Made by a program: the position numbers and the translations under genes. From contig CAVUWA010000010.1 in NCBI GenBank assembly GCA_963744995.1, positions 416,001 through 480,000 on the forward strand: DNA of 64,000 nt, given 5' to 3'. Every line of letters starts with the position of its first letter. Position 1 is the stretch's first letter. This stretch comes from Candidatus Eiseniibacteriota bacterium. GTDB lineage: Bacteria; Eisenbacteria; RBG-16-71-46. The notes below the pieces were generated by a model. That model saw only the letters and a list, made by a program, of their open reading frames with translations, ran no database searches and was not told the origin of the DNA. This document shows positions 52,657-63,145 of the stretch, piece after piece.

Positions 52657-52810
52657 GGTCTCGCTCCTTCCGTCGATCGCGGGCGCGGCTCGCAGGCCCG
52701 GCACAGGTTCCGATGCCTTCCGCGGCGCGTCGATCCGACATGGAGACGTTTCCCGCGGGACGGTGTGACGGCCGCCCGGACGCCATGGCGCCGCGCGCGT
52801 CAATTCGGCG

Positions 52811-53416
52811 TCAAGCCTCGGCCAGCTTCGCCGCCAGCGCCCGCGCGGCGCGGGCGCGGTGCGAGATCCGGTTCTTTTCGTCCGCGTCCATCTCGGCCAG
52901 CGTGCGTTCCGAGCCCGCGGGCACGAACACCGGATCGTAACCGAACCCGCCCGCGCCGCGCGGCGTGCCGATCACGCGGCCTTCGAGCACGCCCTCCACC
53001 CACTCCTCGCGTCCGTCCGGGAACGCCGCGACGCACACGGTGCGGAAGCGCGCGGTGCGCCGCGCGGGCGGCACCCCGTCGAGCGCGGCGAGCAGCTTCT
53101 TCACGTTGTCGGCGTAGGTCGCATCGGGCCCGGCGTAGCGCGCGGCGTGCACGCCGGGCGCGCCGCCGAGGGCGTCCACTTCGAAACCGGTGTCGTCCGC
53201 GACCGTCAGCAGCCCCGTCAGAGCGAAACCCTCGCGCGCCTTGATGCGCGCATTCTCGAGCAGCGTCGCGCCGTCTTCGACCGGGCTCGCCGCACCGGGG
53301 ACATCGGCGAGCGAGGTCCATTCGATTCCCGCGCGTGCGATCAGCGCCGCGAGCTCGGCGAGCTTGTCGCGGTTGAACGTCGCGATCACGCCGCGCCGCC
53401 GAGCACTGCCGTTCAA
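52811..53416 (-). CDS. rdgB: RdgB/HAM1 non-canonical purine NTP pyrophosphatase
   Basis: [27 protein letters not shown]. Confidence 0.93.
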   Translation of the reverse strand: MNGSARRRGVIATFNRDKLAELAALIARAGIEWTSLADVPGAASPVEDGATLLENARIKAREGFALTGLLTVADDTGFEVDALGGAPGVHAARYAGPDATYADNVKKLLAALDGVPPARRTARFRTVCVAAFPDGREEWVEGVLEGRVIGTPRGAGGFGYDPVFVPAGSERTLAEMDADEKNRISHRARAARALAAKLAEA

Positions 53417-54216
53417 GCGCTCTCGTTCCCGGCCGGCAGCAGCCCGGCGTCGCCGAGCAGGCGGCGCTGCGCCGCGACGATGCGGCGGATGCCGCCGCGC
53501 GCGAGCGAAAGCAGCGCGCGCAGCTCTTCCTGCGAGAACGTGGTCGATTCGCCCGTGCCCTGCACCTCGACGTAGCGCCCCGCGCCGGTCATGACCACGT
53601 TCATGTCGACCTCGGCGCGCACGTCCTCGATGTACTCGAGGTCCAGGCATGGCGTGCCGTCCACCAGTCCGACCGAGATCGCCGCGACGGTGTCCCGGAA
53701 CGGCGGCTGCTTCAGCTGGTTTGCATTCGAGAGGTGCACGAACGCGTCGTGCAGCGCGACCAGCGCGCCGTTGATCGCCGCGGTACGCGTGCCCCCGTCG
53801 GCCTCGATCACGTCGCAGTCGAGCGTGATCATGCGCTCGCCGAACGCCTTCAGGTCGGTGACCGCGCGCAGCGAGCGCCCGATCAGCCGCTGGATCTCCT
53901 GCGCCCGCCCGCCGGTCTGTGCCGTGCGCGGTGTGCGCTGACCGGTCGAGCGCGGCAGCATCGCGTACTCGGCGGTCACCCAGCCCTGGCCCTTGCCCTT
54001 GAGCCAGTTGGGCACGCGGTCCTCGACCGTCGCGGTGCAGAGCACGCGGGTGCGGCCCATGGACACCAGCGCCGAGCCCTCCGCGTGCGGCAGGAAGTGT
54101 CGCTGGATCTTGAACGCGCGCGCCTGTCTGGGCTTCCTGCCGCCCGGGCGCTCGAACGCCTGCGCGGCGGGCGCCTGTGCTTCACGGTCGCGAATCGGTT
54201 GCGGCTTGCGGGTCAT
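53413..54216 (-). CDS. rph: Ribonuclease PH
   Basis: [37 protein letters not shown]. Confidence 0.96.
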   Translation of the reverse strand: MTRKPQPIRDREAQAPAAQAFERPGGRKPRQARAFKIQRHFLPHAEGSALVSMGRTRVLCTATVEDRVPNWLKGKGQGWVTAEYAMLPRSTGQRTPRTAQTGGRAQEIQRLIGRSLRAVTDLKAFGERMITLDCDVIEADGGTRTAAINGALVALHDAFVHLSNANQLKQPPFRDTVAAISVGLVDGTPCLDLEYIEDVRAEVDMNVVMTGAGRYVEVQGTGESTTFSQEELRALLSLARGGIRRIVAAQRRLLGDAGLLPAGNESA

Positions 54217-54253
54217 GCAGGCTCCATGCGGCGCGCGGCGAAGCGCGCGCGGT

Positions 54254-55114
54254 TCAGGCCTGGGCGGCGCTCTTCTCGTCCGGAAGCGCGCGCTCGAACC
54301 AGGGCAGGTCGGTTTGATCCACGATCGCGATCGGCGGCAGCTCGTGGCCGAGGAACGCCTGCGCGACGCGGCGGAAGCTCTGCGGCTCGTCGCTCAGGAA
54401 GAAGCGGTGTGCGGGCTGTCCGGAGGCGAGCTGCCCGCGCTGCTGCAGCAGCCGCGCGAGCGCGCGCGCCGCTTCGGCGCCCGAGTCGAGCAGCTTCACC
54501 CCCGGTCCCATGATGTCCTGCACGACCGGCGCGATGAGCGGGTAGTGCGTGCAGCCGAGGATCAGGCTCTCGATGTGGCCGTTCCTGAGCTCGGTCAGGT
54601 ACTCCTCGGCGACCTCGCGCAGCACCGGATGCGTGAGCCAGCCCTCCTCGATGAGCGGCACGAACAACGGACAGGCGCGCGAGATCACGCTCGCGCCCGG
54701 GGCGAGCTTCGCGATCGCGTGCGGATAGGCGCCACTCGCCACCGTGCCGAGCGTGCCGATCACGCCGATCCGGCCGTGCGGGCTCGCCTGGACGGCCGAC
54801 TCGACGGCCGGATCGATCACGCCGACCACCGGAACGTCCAGTCGCCGCGTCAGCGCCTCGAGCGCGTGCGACGATGCGGTGTTGCAGGCGACCAGCAGGC
54901 ACTTCACGTTCTGTCGCACCAGGAACGCGGCGATCTCGAGCGCGAAGCGCGTCACCGTCGCGCGCGACTTGCCGCCGTACGGCAGGCGCGCGGTGTCGCC
55001 GAAGTACACGATCGATTCGCCCGGGAGCTGGCGAAACAGCTCGCGCACGGCGGTGAGCCCGCCGAGGCCGGAGTCGAATACGCCGATGGGGCGGGAATCG
55101 TGCGTCGCGGGCAT
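54254..55114 (-). CDS. murI: Glutamate racemase
   Basis: [23 protein letters not shown]. Confidence 0.96.
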   Translation of the reverse strand: MPATHDSRPIGVFDSGLGGLTAVRELFRQLPGESIVYFGDTARLPYGGKSRATVTRFALEIAAFLVRQNVKCLLVACNTASSHALEALTRRLDVPVVGVIDPAVESAVQASPHGRIGVIGTLGTVASGAYPHAIAKLAPGASVISRACPLFVPLIEEGWLTHPVLREVAEEYLTELRNGHIESLILGCTHYPLIAPVVQDIMGPGVKLLDSGAEAARALARLLQQRGQLASGQPAHRFFLSDEPQSFRRVAQAFLGHELPPIAIVDQTDLPWFERALPDEKSAAQA

Positions 55115-55665
55115 CACAGGCTCCGGTCGCCGCCCCACTCGGCGATTTCGAGCGGGCGATCGAGCGACACGTGGCCACCGAGCGTCACCAGCGGCGATCC
55201 GCCGCACACGATCTGCACGCGCTCCACGTCCGGCATGTTGGCTCCCAGGGTGCGGACCAGCGACGATACGGCCATGACTTCGGCGGTGGATCCGCCGTGG
55301 AACCCCTGCAGAAACGCCCTCGACAGATCGATCGTCAGGAGCCCTTTGCCGTCGGCGTACACGTTCAACACCGACGTGCCGGCCGGCAGTGCGGCGATGC
55401 CGCCTTCGCGCGGCCCCCGATCGAGCTCGGCGACCAGTGCCGCCGCCATCGCGTGAAGGCTCTCGGGTTGCGGCAGCTCGCGCGTCTCGACGACGAGACT
55501 GTCGCCGCCCGGTGCGGCGAAGTAGAGCCGCACCGTCTTCATCCCGACGGCGATGGAATCGGCGCTCGTGCTGCGCGGCACGGGCGTCACCGACACCCGG
55601 CTCCATTGATACGCGAGCCACGCTAGCACAGCGAAGAAGAGCAGACCAAGAATCATGCGGCGCAT
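55114..55665 (-). CDS. GerMN domain protein
   Basis: N-terminal TM; VRLYF...GP...IDLS...GGSTAE...SLVRTL...VQI; lies between amidase and murI. Confidence 0.8.
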   Translation of the reverse strand: MRRMILGLLFFAVLAWLAYQWSRVSVTPVPRSTSADSIAVGMKTVRLYFAAPGGDSLVVETRELPQPESLHAMAAALVAELDRGPREGGIAALPAGTSVLNVYADGKGLLTIDLSRAFLQGFHGGSTAEVMAVSSLVRTLGANMPDVERVQIVCGGSPLVTLGGHVSLDRPLEIAEWGGDRSL

Positions 55666-55669
55666 GCGA

Positions 55670-57105
55670 TCACTCGTTCCGGCGATAGGCTTCGATGCCG
55701 TCGGCGAGCGTCGAAGCCAGGATCCTGAGTCCGTCCTCGCGCGTGATGCGCGTGCGGTCGGCGGGCCAGGTGAGGCTCGCACACTCGAGCATCACCCCGG
55801 GCGCGTCCACGCCGACCAGCGGATACGGCAGCATCTCGCGCAGCCGCGTCGGGCCCTGGCCGCGCAGCTCCATGGCCGAGAGCAGCGCCTCGGCGAGCGC
55901 GCGGCTGTCGACCGCGTGCGTGTACGGCACGTCACGCCACGAGCGCAGCGACCAGCCGGACTCGGTGGTGGCCCCGGCGGCCGTCGCGGCGGCGGTGGCG
56001 GGCGGGCAGTAGGCCGTCGCGCCCGCCACGCGCGATCCTTCGAAGCCGTCGAAGTGCAGCGAGATCACCAGGTCGGCGCGCACGCGGTTGGCGAACTCGG
56101 CGCGCTGCTCGGCCGGCAGGGTGCGGTCGTCGTCGCGGGTGAGCAGCACGCGCACCGGCATGCGCACGGCGAGCTCGTCGCGCAGCAGGTGCGCCAGCTC
56201 GAGCGTGAGGTTCTTCTCCTGCACCCCGTCGCCCCGTGCGCCGACGTCCACGCCGCCATGCCCCGGGTCGAGCACGATGAGCGCGATGTCGCGCGGTCCG
56301 GCGGGTGCGGCCGGCGCGAAGGCCTCGTCGCCCTTCTCGCGTTGGCGGTGAAATTCGATCGTGACCTGCCCGCCGCGGGCATCCCGCGCGACCTGAAAGC
56401 CCTGCGCGTCCGGCGCCAGCGCGAACTCGAACGCGCAGCCCTGTACTGCGGAGATCGCACGCACGCCGCGCACGAGGCCCGCGGCCGGCAGCGAGTCGGG
56501 CAGGGTGCCCGAGAACACGCCGTCGAAGCGCACCCGGAAGCGCCCGCGCGCGCGCCCGGCGACCGTCATGCCCTCCGGGTGGTCGGCGGGGAACGTGACC
56601 CGCGCGAGGTCCGCCCCGGGCCGGAACGAGGGCGTGCCCACCACGCCGCCGGGCGGCACCGCCAGCACGACGCGGCGCCGCGGGTCGTGCAGCAGGCGCG
56701 GCCAGCCCGCCGCGTTCCGCATCACGTCCACGATCGCCGCCGGCACGAGCATCTCGCCGCCCTCGAGCGTGACGGGCGCCGGCAGGAAGCGGGTCGTGTC
56801 GTCCACCAGCACGAACGGGTCGTCCACGGTGAGCACCAGCCGGTGCGCACCGAGCCGGAGCTCGAGCTTCCTGAGGTCGGCGCGCCAGAAGCGCGTCGCG
56901 CCGAGCAGGCGGCCGAGCTCGACCGCGGAGATCACCGGCACGCCGTTCGCGTCGCGCGTATCGGTGTAGTCGAGTGATGGGTTGAGCTCGAGCGCGGGCG
57001 GCGTCTGCGCGTGCGCGGGCGTCCGCGCGAGCAGGAACGCGCCGCCTGCCGCCGCGAGCGCGAGGCAGCGAGCAGCGCCGGCGCAAGCCGGGCGCGGCGG
57101 CTCAT
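55670..57105 (-). CDS. N-acetylmuramoyl-L-alanine amidase (Amidase_3); 5' part frameshifted
   Basis: LDPGHGG, EKNL, ISLH, MLE zinc/catalytic residues; the signal-like ATG at 57105 is out of frame with the body. Confidence 0.85.
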
Positions 57106-57584
57106 CGGCTCGCGCTCGGCCTCGCGGCGCGCGCGGGCGATCTCGCGCTGCGCGTCACGCTCGGCCATGGCGTGACGCTTGTCGTAGGTCTTCTTGCCCT
57201 TCGCGATCGCGATCAGCACCTTGGCCTTGCCCTTGCGAGAAGTAGAGCTTGAGCGGAATGAGCGTCTGGCCCTTCTGCTCGACCGCCTCGGCCATGCTGG
57301 TCGATCTCGCGCCGGTGCATGAGCAGCTTGCGGCGGCGGATCGGATCCTGGTTCCAGCGGTTGCCCTGATCGTACGGCGGAATGTGCATCTGGCGAATGT
57401 ACGCCTGGCCGTCCTCGATCGTCGCGTAGGCCTCGGCGAGGCTCGCCTTGCCGGTGCGCAGGCTCTTGACCTCGACGCCCTTCAGCACGAGCCCGGCCTC
57501 GACCGTGTCGAGGATCGTGTAATCGTGCCGTGCGCGCCGGTTCTGCGCGATCAGCTTCTCGTTGGGATCGGTGTCCTTGGCCAT
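57102..57584 (-). CDS. smpB: SsrA-binding protein SmpB (apparent indels near 57295, 57235 and the 3' end)
   Basis: NRRARHDY..EAGLVLKGVEVKSLR, RKLLMH; LIPLKLYF and KGKKTYDKR lie in other frames. Confidence 0.92.
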
Positions 57585-57668
57585 GGCGGACCGCTCTCGG
57601 CCCGGATCGGGCGGGGGTCTCCCGGATGGGGAACGGCCCCGGCGGCATCGCCCGCCGGAGCGCTTCGA

Positions 57669-57755
57669 TGGTGCGGAAGGGGGGATTTGAACCCCCACAC
57701 CCTTTCGGGCACTAGAACCTGAATCTAGCGCGTCTGCCAGTTCCGCCACTTCCGC
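57669..57755 (-). tRNA. tRNA-Leu(CAG)
   Basis: GCGGAAGTGGCGGAA...CTAGA-TTCAGGT-TCTAG, long variable arm, CCA. Confidence 0.95.
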
Positions 57756-57772
57756 ACGTTGGCCGGGCGGCG

Positions 57773-57801
57773 ACTATAGGGGGTCGCCTGTGGAGCGTCA
57801 A
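57773..57801 (-). promoter_or_regulatory. Promoter of tRNA-Leu / smpB
   Basis: TTGACG-17-TATAGT on the minus strand. Confidence 0.7.
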
Positions 57802-57906
57802 CGTCATGAAAACCGCGCCCGGGGCGGCCCGAAGCGCAAGCGGGCGGCCCCTCGCAGGGACCGCCCGCCGGGCGCCGTGCGGCGCCTGTCGCTGGTCTTT
57901 TCCCGC

Positions 57907-58434
57907 TCAGTTCGACGGCGGCAGCAGCACCGTGTCGATGACGTGGATCACGCCGTTGCGGGCCTTGATGTCGGTGGCCACCACCTTCGCGTCGTTGATC
58001 TTGACGTCGCTTCCCGACGACCGAGATCTGCACGGCGCGCCGTTGAGCGTCGGCGCCGAGGTCAGATTCACGACGTCGGCCGCCAGCACCTCGCCCGCGA
58101 CCACGTGGTACTTGAGGATCGAGGCGAGCTTCTCCGGATCGGCGAGCAGCGCCTGGATCGTGGCATCGCCGAGCTTCGCGAATGCCGCGTCGGTCGGCGC
58201 GAACACCGTGAGCGGACCCTGGCCCTGCCCGGACAGGACGCCGGTGAGGCCGGCGGCGTCCACCGCCGCGAGCAGCGTGTTGAAGTTCCCCGCGGCTTTC
58301 GCGGTCTGGACGATGTTCGGGAGCTGCTTCTCGCCGTAGCTCCCTTTGCCGCCGGCGAAGGCGGCGCCTGCCGGGAGCGCGATCAACAGCGCTCCGGCGA
58401 GCAGCATCGTGGCACGGACGTGCGTCCGGTACAT
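57907..58434 (-). CDS. Secreted fasciclin (FAS1) domain protein
   Basis: TVFAPTDAAF, ILKYHVV, NGVIHVIDTVLLP; GGAGGT RBS. Confidence 0.93.
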   Translation of the reverse strand: MYRTHVRATMLLAGALLIALPAGAAFAGGKGSYGEKQLPNIVQTAKAAGNFNTLLAAVDAAGLTGVLSGQGQGPLTVFAPTDAAFAKLGDATIQALLADPEKLASILKYHVVAGEVLAADVVNLTSAPTLNGAPCRSRSSGSDVKINDAKVVATDIKARNGVIHVIDTVLLPPSN

Positions 58435-58600
58435 GGGTGACCTCCTCGTTTGCGTGCGTGCGTCGTGCGAATCGTGTACGGGGCGCGGAGCCCCCTGGAG
58501 CTCCGCGCCCACATTCCTTCGGATTCACGTGCGCACGTGCAGACGGCGTGCACGAGGTTTGGCCGGCGTGTATTCGTGGATTCAAAGAACGACGTGCCCC

Positions 58601-58735
58601 TCACCGGTGCTTCGTCCTCAGGGTCCCCCGGATCGAGTCCTCCACCGGCGTGCCCGGGTCGCAGAACTTGATGCGGAAGATCAGATCGAAGAGCGGCCGC
58701 GGTGTGAGCGTCGGGATGGGCGTCCCCGAATCCAT
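58601..58735 (-). pseudogene. 3' remnant of a TWG-motif secreted protein
   Basis: Reads MDSG...FCDPGTPVEDSIRGTLRTKHR-stop, a decayed version of TPVxxTWGxLKxxYR-stop. Confidence 0.55.
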
Positions 58736-59214
58736 CACGCTCCGCCCGACTCCTCGCGCAGCGCTTCCAGCTCTGCGACCGCCTCGAGGTCCTTTGGGCG
58801 CCCGGCCGCACGCTTGACCTCGATCAACTTATCGAGGGACAGGCACCTGATGCCCCGACCCGACAGCTCGATCGTGAGGGTGTGCGGGACGAGCCTCTCG
58901 AACGTTCCGCCCCCCGAGATCTCACCGAAGAGGTCGAGCGGTCCGAGATCAGTACTGAGCGTGAAGTTCAGACCACGCCGGATCGTCTCTGCGTCGAGAC
59001 GGAAGGGGAGCCCGGGTGGCGCGCCGCGCAGATACGGGTGGTGTGCCGCGAGCGCCTGCGCGATCCGCTCGATGTTCACAGGCTCACGCGAATAGACGAC
59101 GTCCACGTCATACGTCGCTCTCGCGGATCCGTGGACCGTCGCCGCCAGCCCTCCGACCAGGACGAACTCGACGCCGGCGTCGGCCAGATGCTCCAACAGG
59201 CCATCGGGGCTCAT
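58735..59214 (-). CDS. Nucleotidyltransferase-fold protein (putative TA component)
   Basis: LVGGLA...HG...TYDVD; K.AAGRPKD. Confidence 0.8.
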   Translation of the reverse strand: MSPDGLLEHLADAGVEFVLVGGLAATVHGSARATYDVDVVYSREPVNIERIAQALAAHHPYLRGAPPGLPFRLDAETIRRGLNFTLSTDLGPLDLFGEISGGGTFERLVPHTLTIELSGRGIRCLSLDKLIEVKRAAGRPKDLEAVAELEALREESGGA

Positions 59215-59402
59215 CCGCGGGTGGTCCTGCGTCCGGCCCGCCGGACCCGCTCGGCCGCCCGCAGGAAGTCGAACAGCTTGCGGAGCCGTTGCTCCGGCGT
59301 GAGCCCGAGATTCTCACGCAACAGGGTGCGGTCCACGTCGCGCTTGTACACGGCGAGAACGGCGTCGATGCTGTTCGCGGGATGGGCGCGGTGGTCGCTC
59401 AT
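59211..59402 (-). CDS. Small partner protein of the nucleotidyltransferase (putative antitoxin)
   Basis: 63 aa, DVDRTLLRENLGLTPEQRL; ATGA overlap with the downstream gene. Confidence 0.7.
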   Translation of the reverse strand: MSDHRAHPANSIDAVLAVYKRDVDRTLLRENLGLTPEQRLRKLFDFLRAAERVRRAGRRTTRG

Positions 59403-59419
59403 GGGCGATACTGTAATCC

Positions 59420-59935
59420 TGCGGCGCAGTTCCAGGCGAACGACGGGACGGACCGCCCGCGGTGTGCGTCGTCCTCACCGACGCCAGGTTCGTTCCCTGG
59501 CTCGCCCCCGACACGTAAAGCCGCACCTGCAGACGGCCCGCGCCGGAGAAGCTCGGAATCGTGATGCGCGCGTTGCCGCCGGCGTCGGTCGAGTCGTCCG
59601 CGAAGACTTTGACGCCCGCGTCGTTCACCGCGAGGTTCCCGCTCGCTGTCGTGTACGTCACCCAGATCGACTCCGGCGGCACCCCGGCGCGCACGTTGCA
59701 GAACGCGTCCTCGTAGTGCACGCCGATGCGCAGGCGCGCGGGATGGATGCTGCCTCCGGCGAACACCAGCGTGTCACCGCCGGGGCAGGCGGAGACCGAG
59801 TCCTTGAGTCCCCAGACAACGTTCGGCAACGGAATGGGGCTGAACTGCAAGCAGTCGGCAGAACTCCGGCGCGGGGGGGTCAGCAGGACCGCGTTGAGCG
59901 CGAGGAGGAGGGCAAGGGGGGGCAAGTCGGGCCAT
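59420..59935 (-). pseudogene. 5' part of a secreted Ig-like protein; frameshift in a C7 run and truncated 3' end
   Basis: GGAGG RBS + ATG 59935; one C fewer gives the signal peptide MARLAPLALLLALNAVLL in frame with ...DSTDAGGNARITI...; coding character is lost near 59460. Confidence 0.55.
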
Positions 59936-60150
59936 GGGGCACCTCCGTGTTGCGCGTGCGGCTGCCCCGTATTGTCCTCCCCGCCGGCCTCAGATTCCAT
60001 GGAAAATCCTGCCCATGGAGATCGGCGCGTTCAGCATGACTGATCACCAGCCGCCGGATCTGGTCCGCACCGGCATCAACTCCCTGAGCGAGGCGCGGCA
60101 CGACGACCACCCCGCTTCGAGAGTGGTCGTCGCACCAAACGCCTGCCTCG

Positions 60151-60786
60151 TCATCGGTACAGCGTCTTGAGCCTCCCCCAGCTCGCGTTCTCGACCGGCG
60201 TCGAGTCGCACGTGTTCGGCGCGCCCGGCGTCGGACTGCAACCGTTGCCCTGCGGATCGGCGCCGCCGGTGTAGGGGTTCATCCCGTCGAACAGCGTCCA
60301 CGCGCCGGAGGCGTCGGGGAAGCGGCCGATCGCGCGGTCGGCGGCGGCCTCGTGGCTCGCGTACGTGTAGCTGTCAATCAGCGTCGTGTCGCTCGCGCCG
60401 ATCTCCCACAGCATCACGGTGTCGCCCGAGTTGCCGAGCGAGAGGCCGAACGCGCTCTGGCCGTTGTCGTGTTCCCAGTTGTAGGCGTCGCCGCCGAACA
60501 CGACGAGCCGCGCGCCCGGCGCGAGCGTGCCCGAGCAGCGGAAGCGCGGCGTGCCGCCCGCGTCGGTGATGAGGTACGGCGTGAGATCGAGAGAAACCGC
60601 GCCGTCGTTCACGAGCTCGACCCACTCGTCGTCGCGCGACGAGAACGCGCCGCTGCCGTCCCAGTCGCTGGCCGGCCCGGCCATGATCTCGTTGAGCACG
60701 AGCCCCGCGCACGCGTGCGAGGGGGCGAGCGCCGCCTGCGCGCCGACCGCGAGCAGGGTGATCAGAAGGGTCCTGTGGAGATGCAT
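60151..60786 (-). CDS. Lamin-tail-domain secreted protein ending SWGRLKTLYR
   Basis: Signal peptide; LVLNEI, DEWVELVN, LGNSGDTV, PTPGAPN. Confidence 0.85.
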   Translation of the reverse strand: MHLHRTLLITLLAVGAQAALAPSHACAGLVLNEIMAGPASDWDGSGAFSSRDDEWVELVNDGAVSLDLTPYLITDAGGTPRFRCSGTLAPGARLVVFGGDAYNWEHDNGQSAFGLSLGNSGDTVMLWEIGASDTTLIDSYTYASHEAAADRAIGRFPDASGAWTLFDGMNPYTGGADPQGNGCSPTPGAPNTCDSTPVENASWGRLKTLYR

Positions 60787-60836
60787 GTGTGACTCCCTGG
60801 GGGGCGGTGATGGCGGGGGCGATGTGTGAGTGCGCG

Positions 60837-62249
60837 TCATCTGCCGGTCCGCGCGGTGCGCGCCCAGTCGAGCGACCACACCATGCGCGGCGGGCCCGCG
60901 CGGGTGTGCGTGAGCTGCAGCGACAGCGTGAGCCGCCCGCCGCCCGCGGGAAAGCGCACCTCGAGCTGCGTGCGCGTGCCGCGGCCGGTGAGCGCGCGCA
61001 GCACGAGCCGGTCGCTGTAGGCCTCGCGCAGGTAGAGGTTCTCGCCGAACGCGACGCGGAACGCGGTGTGGGCGGCGCGCACGCGGACGCCGCCCGGCGC
61101 GAGCACCTCGGCGCGCACCCCGCTCACGCGCCTGACCGCGCGGCGGAAGCGCTGCGCGCCCCACACCTCCTCGCGGAACGACACCGTGAGCGCCGGCCCG
61201 CGCGCGGTCCATTCGCCCCATGCGCCCTGGCGCATCCCGCGCGCGGCGCGGAACGAGCCGCTCGCCCGGCGCGGGCCGTGCTGCTCTTCGAGGCCGAGTA
61301 CGACGTGCCCGGAAGGCAGGTCGGCGCCCGTCTGCAGCGCGGCGCGCGCACCTGCGAGCCCGGGACGGAATCGCCACCACGAAGCGATCGCCTGCGTGGC
61401 GAGCGCCGCGCGTGCCGGCAGGAAGCGCAGCGTGACCGCCTGCGCGGGGCCGCTGCGGCGGGGCTCGGCGAGCGATCGGAAGCCGGCGGCGCCGGCGCGC
61501 GCGTGCGCCTCGAGCTTCCCGCCGGCCGTCTCGCGCACGCGCAGCGCATCCACGCGAAAGCGGCCGCGCTCGTCCATGGCGAACTCGATCTCGTCGGCGC
61601 CGCCCGCGAAGCCGAGCGACGACTGCGCGTGACGGCGACCGTCGGTGATGCCGCCGGCCTTCCACGGACCGCTGAAGAGGCGCGCGCCGCCCAGCCGCCG
61701 GCGCTCGAACGTGCCGGCCAGCGTCTCGACGCCCGCGCGCTCGCCGCGCCGGAACGAGATACCGTCGCCCGCGCGCCCCGTCCCCGCGCCGCGGTCGTCG
61801 GCGCGCACGTCCCACGGCTCGGCCGGCGCGCCGAGCACGATGCCGCGGCCCCAGCGCGGCGCGAGCCGCCCGGCGTGAAGCGTGCCGCGCGCGATGCGGC
61901 CCTCGATCGCGCCGCCCGCGAGCGGGTCGCCCTTGCCCTCGCGCACGTCGGCGTGGAGCCCTTCACCGCGGAAGCGGATGCGCCGCGTGCGCCGGGGCGC
62001 GATGCCGGGACGGCCGCTCGCGCCGACGCCGACCTCGATCGTGTCGTCGGCGAGCGAGTCGTCGAGCGCGATCGCGTAGTCCTCGCCCGCGGCGGCCTCG
62101 GGCGGCGGCTCTGCCGCGGCATCGTCCGCGGGCTTCGCGGCGGCCTCGTCGCCGGGCGCGGCCCGGGCGCCGGGCACCGCAGGGAGGGCGAGCCCGAGGG
62201 CGAGCGTTAGCGCCGCGGCGAGCGCGCGCCGGCTCGGGCCGCCCCTCAC
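60837..62249 (-). CDS. Hypothetical exported protein, probable outer-membrane beta-barrel
   Basis: GTG overlapping the upstream stop; signal peptide; alternating beta-strand pattern ending WSLDW. Confidence 0.5.
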   Translation of the reverse strand: MRGGPSRRALAAALTLALGLALPAVPGARAAPGDEAAAKPADDAAAEPPPEAAAGEDYAIALDDSLADDTIEVGVGASGRPGIAPRRTRRIRFRGEGLHADVREGKGDPLAGGAIEGRIARGTLHAGRLAPRWGRGIVLGAPAEPWDVRADDRGAGTGRAGDGISFRRGERAGVETLAGTFERRRLGGARLFSGPWKAGGITDGRRHAQSSLGFAGGADEIEFAMDERGRFRVDALRVRETAGGKLEAHARAGAAGFRSLAEPRRSGPAQAVTLRFLPARAALATQAIASWWRFRPGLAGARAALQTGADLPSGHVVLGLEEQHGPRRASGSFRAARGMRQGAWGEWTARGPALTVSFREEVWGAQRFRRAVRRVSGVRAEVLAPGGVRVRAAHTAFRVAFGENLYLREAYSDRLVLRALTGRGTRTQLEVRFPAGGGRLTLSLQLTHTRAGPPRMVWSLDWARTARTGR

Positions 62250-63145
62250 GGCACCGCCCTCGCGCGCGGCGCGCGGCCGATCGCCAGTGCGACCGTCACC
62301 GTCTCGCCGAGCAGCGGATGCGACTCGACCCGTGCGCATGCGGTCACGAACGCCGCACGGGCGCGCACACCGAGCGCGGCGCGCAGCGGCGCGTCGAGCC
62401 CTTCGGCGCGGACCTCGAACGGGCCCTCGACGAGCGCCACGCCGCCGCGATGGGTGACCGCGGCCGCCGCGTCGGGCCGGGTTTCGTGCTCGAACCATGC
62501 GTAGAGCCCGTCGCCCTCGGCGCGCACGCCGACCGCCAGCCCGCGCTCGAGCGGCGGCGCCGCGCCGTCGCTCCAGAGCTGCGGCGCCGAAGCCCACGCC
62601 ACGACCCGCGGCGCAGCCCGCACCCAGAGGCCCATGCCGCACTCGTAGCCCCACCACGGCAGGCCCGCGCGCGGCGTGCGGTCGCGCCGCGCGATGCCCG
62701 AAACCCCTGCCCCCCAGCGACTTGAAGCCACGCCCAGCGCCGCGCCCCAGGCGCTCCAGCCGATTTCGGCATCGCCCGTCTGCGAGAACCCCGCCGCGGC
62801 GCGCAACGAATGCCACCCGCCACCCGCCGCGATCGCCTGCGTGGAGATCTCGGGCAAGCCGAAGCGCGAGAGCCCGAGTGCCTCGGCGGATGCAAAGCCG
62901 TCCGCGGGCGGCCGCGCGCCGGCGATGAACGCGGCCGGCCCGCTCGCGGCCCCGGCCTCGCCACCGCGTTCGAAGTCCTGGGCATGGGCGGGCGATGCGG
63001 CGAGCGCGATCCGGCACAGGCAGGCGAGGACGACGACGCTCGCGCGAAGCGGCGCGCCGGCGCGGTCCCGAAGCCGGGGCCGTCCGGGGCGCGCGTCGCG
63101 GCAGGCCGCCGCGCCCTCGTCATCCGCCCGCACGCGCGCGCTCAC
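62246..63145 (-). CDS. Hypothetical exported protein, probable small beta-barrel
   Basis: Signal-like segment; FGLPEI, amphipathic strands, HPLLG; translationally coupled to both neighbours. Confidence 0.5.
   Translation of the reverse strand: MSARVRADDEGAAACRDARPGRPRLRDRAGAPLRASVVVLACLCRIALAASPAHAQDFERGGEAGAASGPAAFIAGARPPADGFASAEALGLSRFGLPEISTQAIAAGGGWHSLRAAAGFSQTGDAEIGWSAWGAALGVASSRWGAGVSGIARRDRTPRAGLPWWGYECGMGLWVRAAPRVVAWASAPQLWSDGAAPPLERGLAVGVRAEGDGLYAWFEHETRPDAAAAVTHRGGVALVEGPFEVRAEGLDAPLRAALGVRARAAFVTACARVESHPLLGETVTVALAIGRAPRARAVP

Noticed and set aside
59916..59922. G7 run as a phase-variation switch
   Set aside because: Short run in an error-prone region and in an already broken gene; a homopolymer error or decay is more likely
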